Shown here: in pieces, positions 62,843 to 64,000 of the stretch
How the letters are laid out: each line of letters starts with the position of its first letter
How positions within the stretch are numbered: the first letter of the stretch is position 1
Assembly (NCBI GenBank): GCA_001949185.1
Contig: BDGG01000010.1
Location: forward strand, 597,337 to 661,336
From: Ramazzottius varieornatus
Lineage: Eukaryota; Animalia; Tardigrada
Direction: 5' to 3'
DNA: 64,000 nucleotides
Made by a program: the position numbers and the translations under genes
The notes under the pieces: generated by a model
What the model was told of the DNA's origin: nothing
What the model saw: the letters and a program-made list of their open reading frames with translations, nothing else
The model's database searches: none

Positions 62843-63295
62843 GTTGTTGTGACTCGCTGCTCGGTACATCCTGAACATCCGGACAGACAGGATTACACCT
62901 TCACTTCCATGTAGAACAATGGAGCAAGCTGTGCAAACACAAGCCAAACGATGAAGGCTAGAAAATCTGCAGACGTGTTTGAAATTTTTTCCTGTGCCTG
63001 CAAAGTTTTCTCTGTGACCCTGTCTGCGGTTTGAGCCAACTATGCCCCATAAGGCTTGTAAAGAGGGCTTTCTGTTTCATCCGTGGCAAGCCAACGCGTT
63101 GGTTTTAGTGATACTGTCTCCATGGTGAGCCATCGGTAACGCATCGCACTGTTCGCACCGTGAATATGTGTTGGTAGGCCGAAGCGTGGACTTTCCATCC
63201 TGTTGTGGTTCCGTATTCGATCGAATTTTTCTGGAGGAAACTTCTTCCTCGATCCTGCAGATCTCAGTCCGTACCCTAATGTTTTGTGTGCGGAA

Positions 63296-63522
63296 ATGCC
63301 GAAGGAGATAGGACTGTGCCTTCTGGTCGTCCTTCAGGGATGCATGCGATATGCTTTGGCACAAGCGCAGTCCACTTTAACCGTGCAGATTCCAGCCGGT
63401 CGGATAGAATGTTTTTATCACACAGGTAAGAAAATTCCTTTGATTCCCTGTTCCTAATCTTTAGAACACCGTTGCTCTCTTTTACAGCTACCCAAAACGT
63501 TCCTTTCGAGCTGGAATACCAA
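63296..63522 (+). CDS. p24/emp24 (TMED, gamma-subfamily-like) first two coding exons; continues beyond the window
   Basis: Signal peptide, then TLTVQIPAGRIECFYHT|ATQNVPFELEYQ, the start of a GOLD domain; gtaag donors at 63426 and 63523. Confidence 0.8.
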
Positions 63523-64000
63523 GTAAGTCTGGGTCGCTGTTCTTGCAGAAAGCATTGAGAATGGATCTGTCAATCAAGAAATCGTGACGTGTAATGGTTC
63601 GTTGAATTGTTGATTGACGAAGCTACCATGTGGCGATTTAATTTCCCAAATGGGTAGCTGCGGCCCATTCCCAGTACAATCAATTTTGCTTCCGAAGTAG
63701 CGTTTTTCGACTTGAAGTTGTTGGGAGTATCAAGGGGCATCGTGCGGTAAGTTTGCCGTACCTCGCCGTGGTTCAAAGTCTCTGAAAAATGTTCGCCCTT
63801 CTGGGAAGACACTCTGGAAAATTTCAGGGGTAACCACTAACTGAAACCCCTTCCAGGGGGTTGAATGCCAGAACGACTACCTACGCATTTTTATGCTACA
63901 TGACGTCATCCTAACTTCAAAGCTTTCTGAGTGAAAAGTTCGAACCCCTTCGGACTTTTCCGATGTAGCCATCTGACCACTGATCAGACGGCCAAAAAGA

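Overview
Compact, gene-dense animal DNA with mostly 55-120 nt GT-AG introns. A tardigrade such as Ramazzottius or Hypsibius is a plausible source, but that is an inference from gene style, not proven. There are no prokaryotic features, CRISPR arrays, tRNAs or rRNAs that I can support. Genes in order: TRAF4-like last exon (+); an unannotated 69-aa hydrophilic two-exon gene (-); a PR/SET + PLAG-type C2H2 factor (-); BRE1/RNF20-40 (+); SLC25A1 citrate carrier (+); TMEM11-like (-); CCDC47 (+); a divergent tetraspanin (+); a double-domain heme peroxidase (+); cullin-3-like (+); RIM-binding protein (-, with an ~8 kb intron); QSOX (-); CCDC117-like (+); OSBP (-); and the start of a p24/TMED gene (+). 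Introns hold at least four inverted-repeat (MITE-like) families. The most striking has 11 cores of the form AAGTGGCGCAC-N23-25-GTGCGCCACTT, with conserved arms, near-fixed spacer length and divergent spacer sequence. A possible decayed DIRS-type retroelement abuts a 189-N gap. All exon boundaries were read by eye; no database searches were run.
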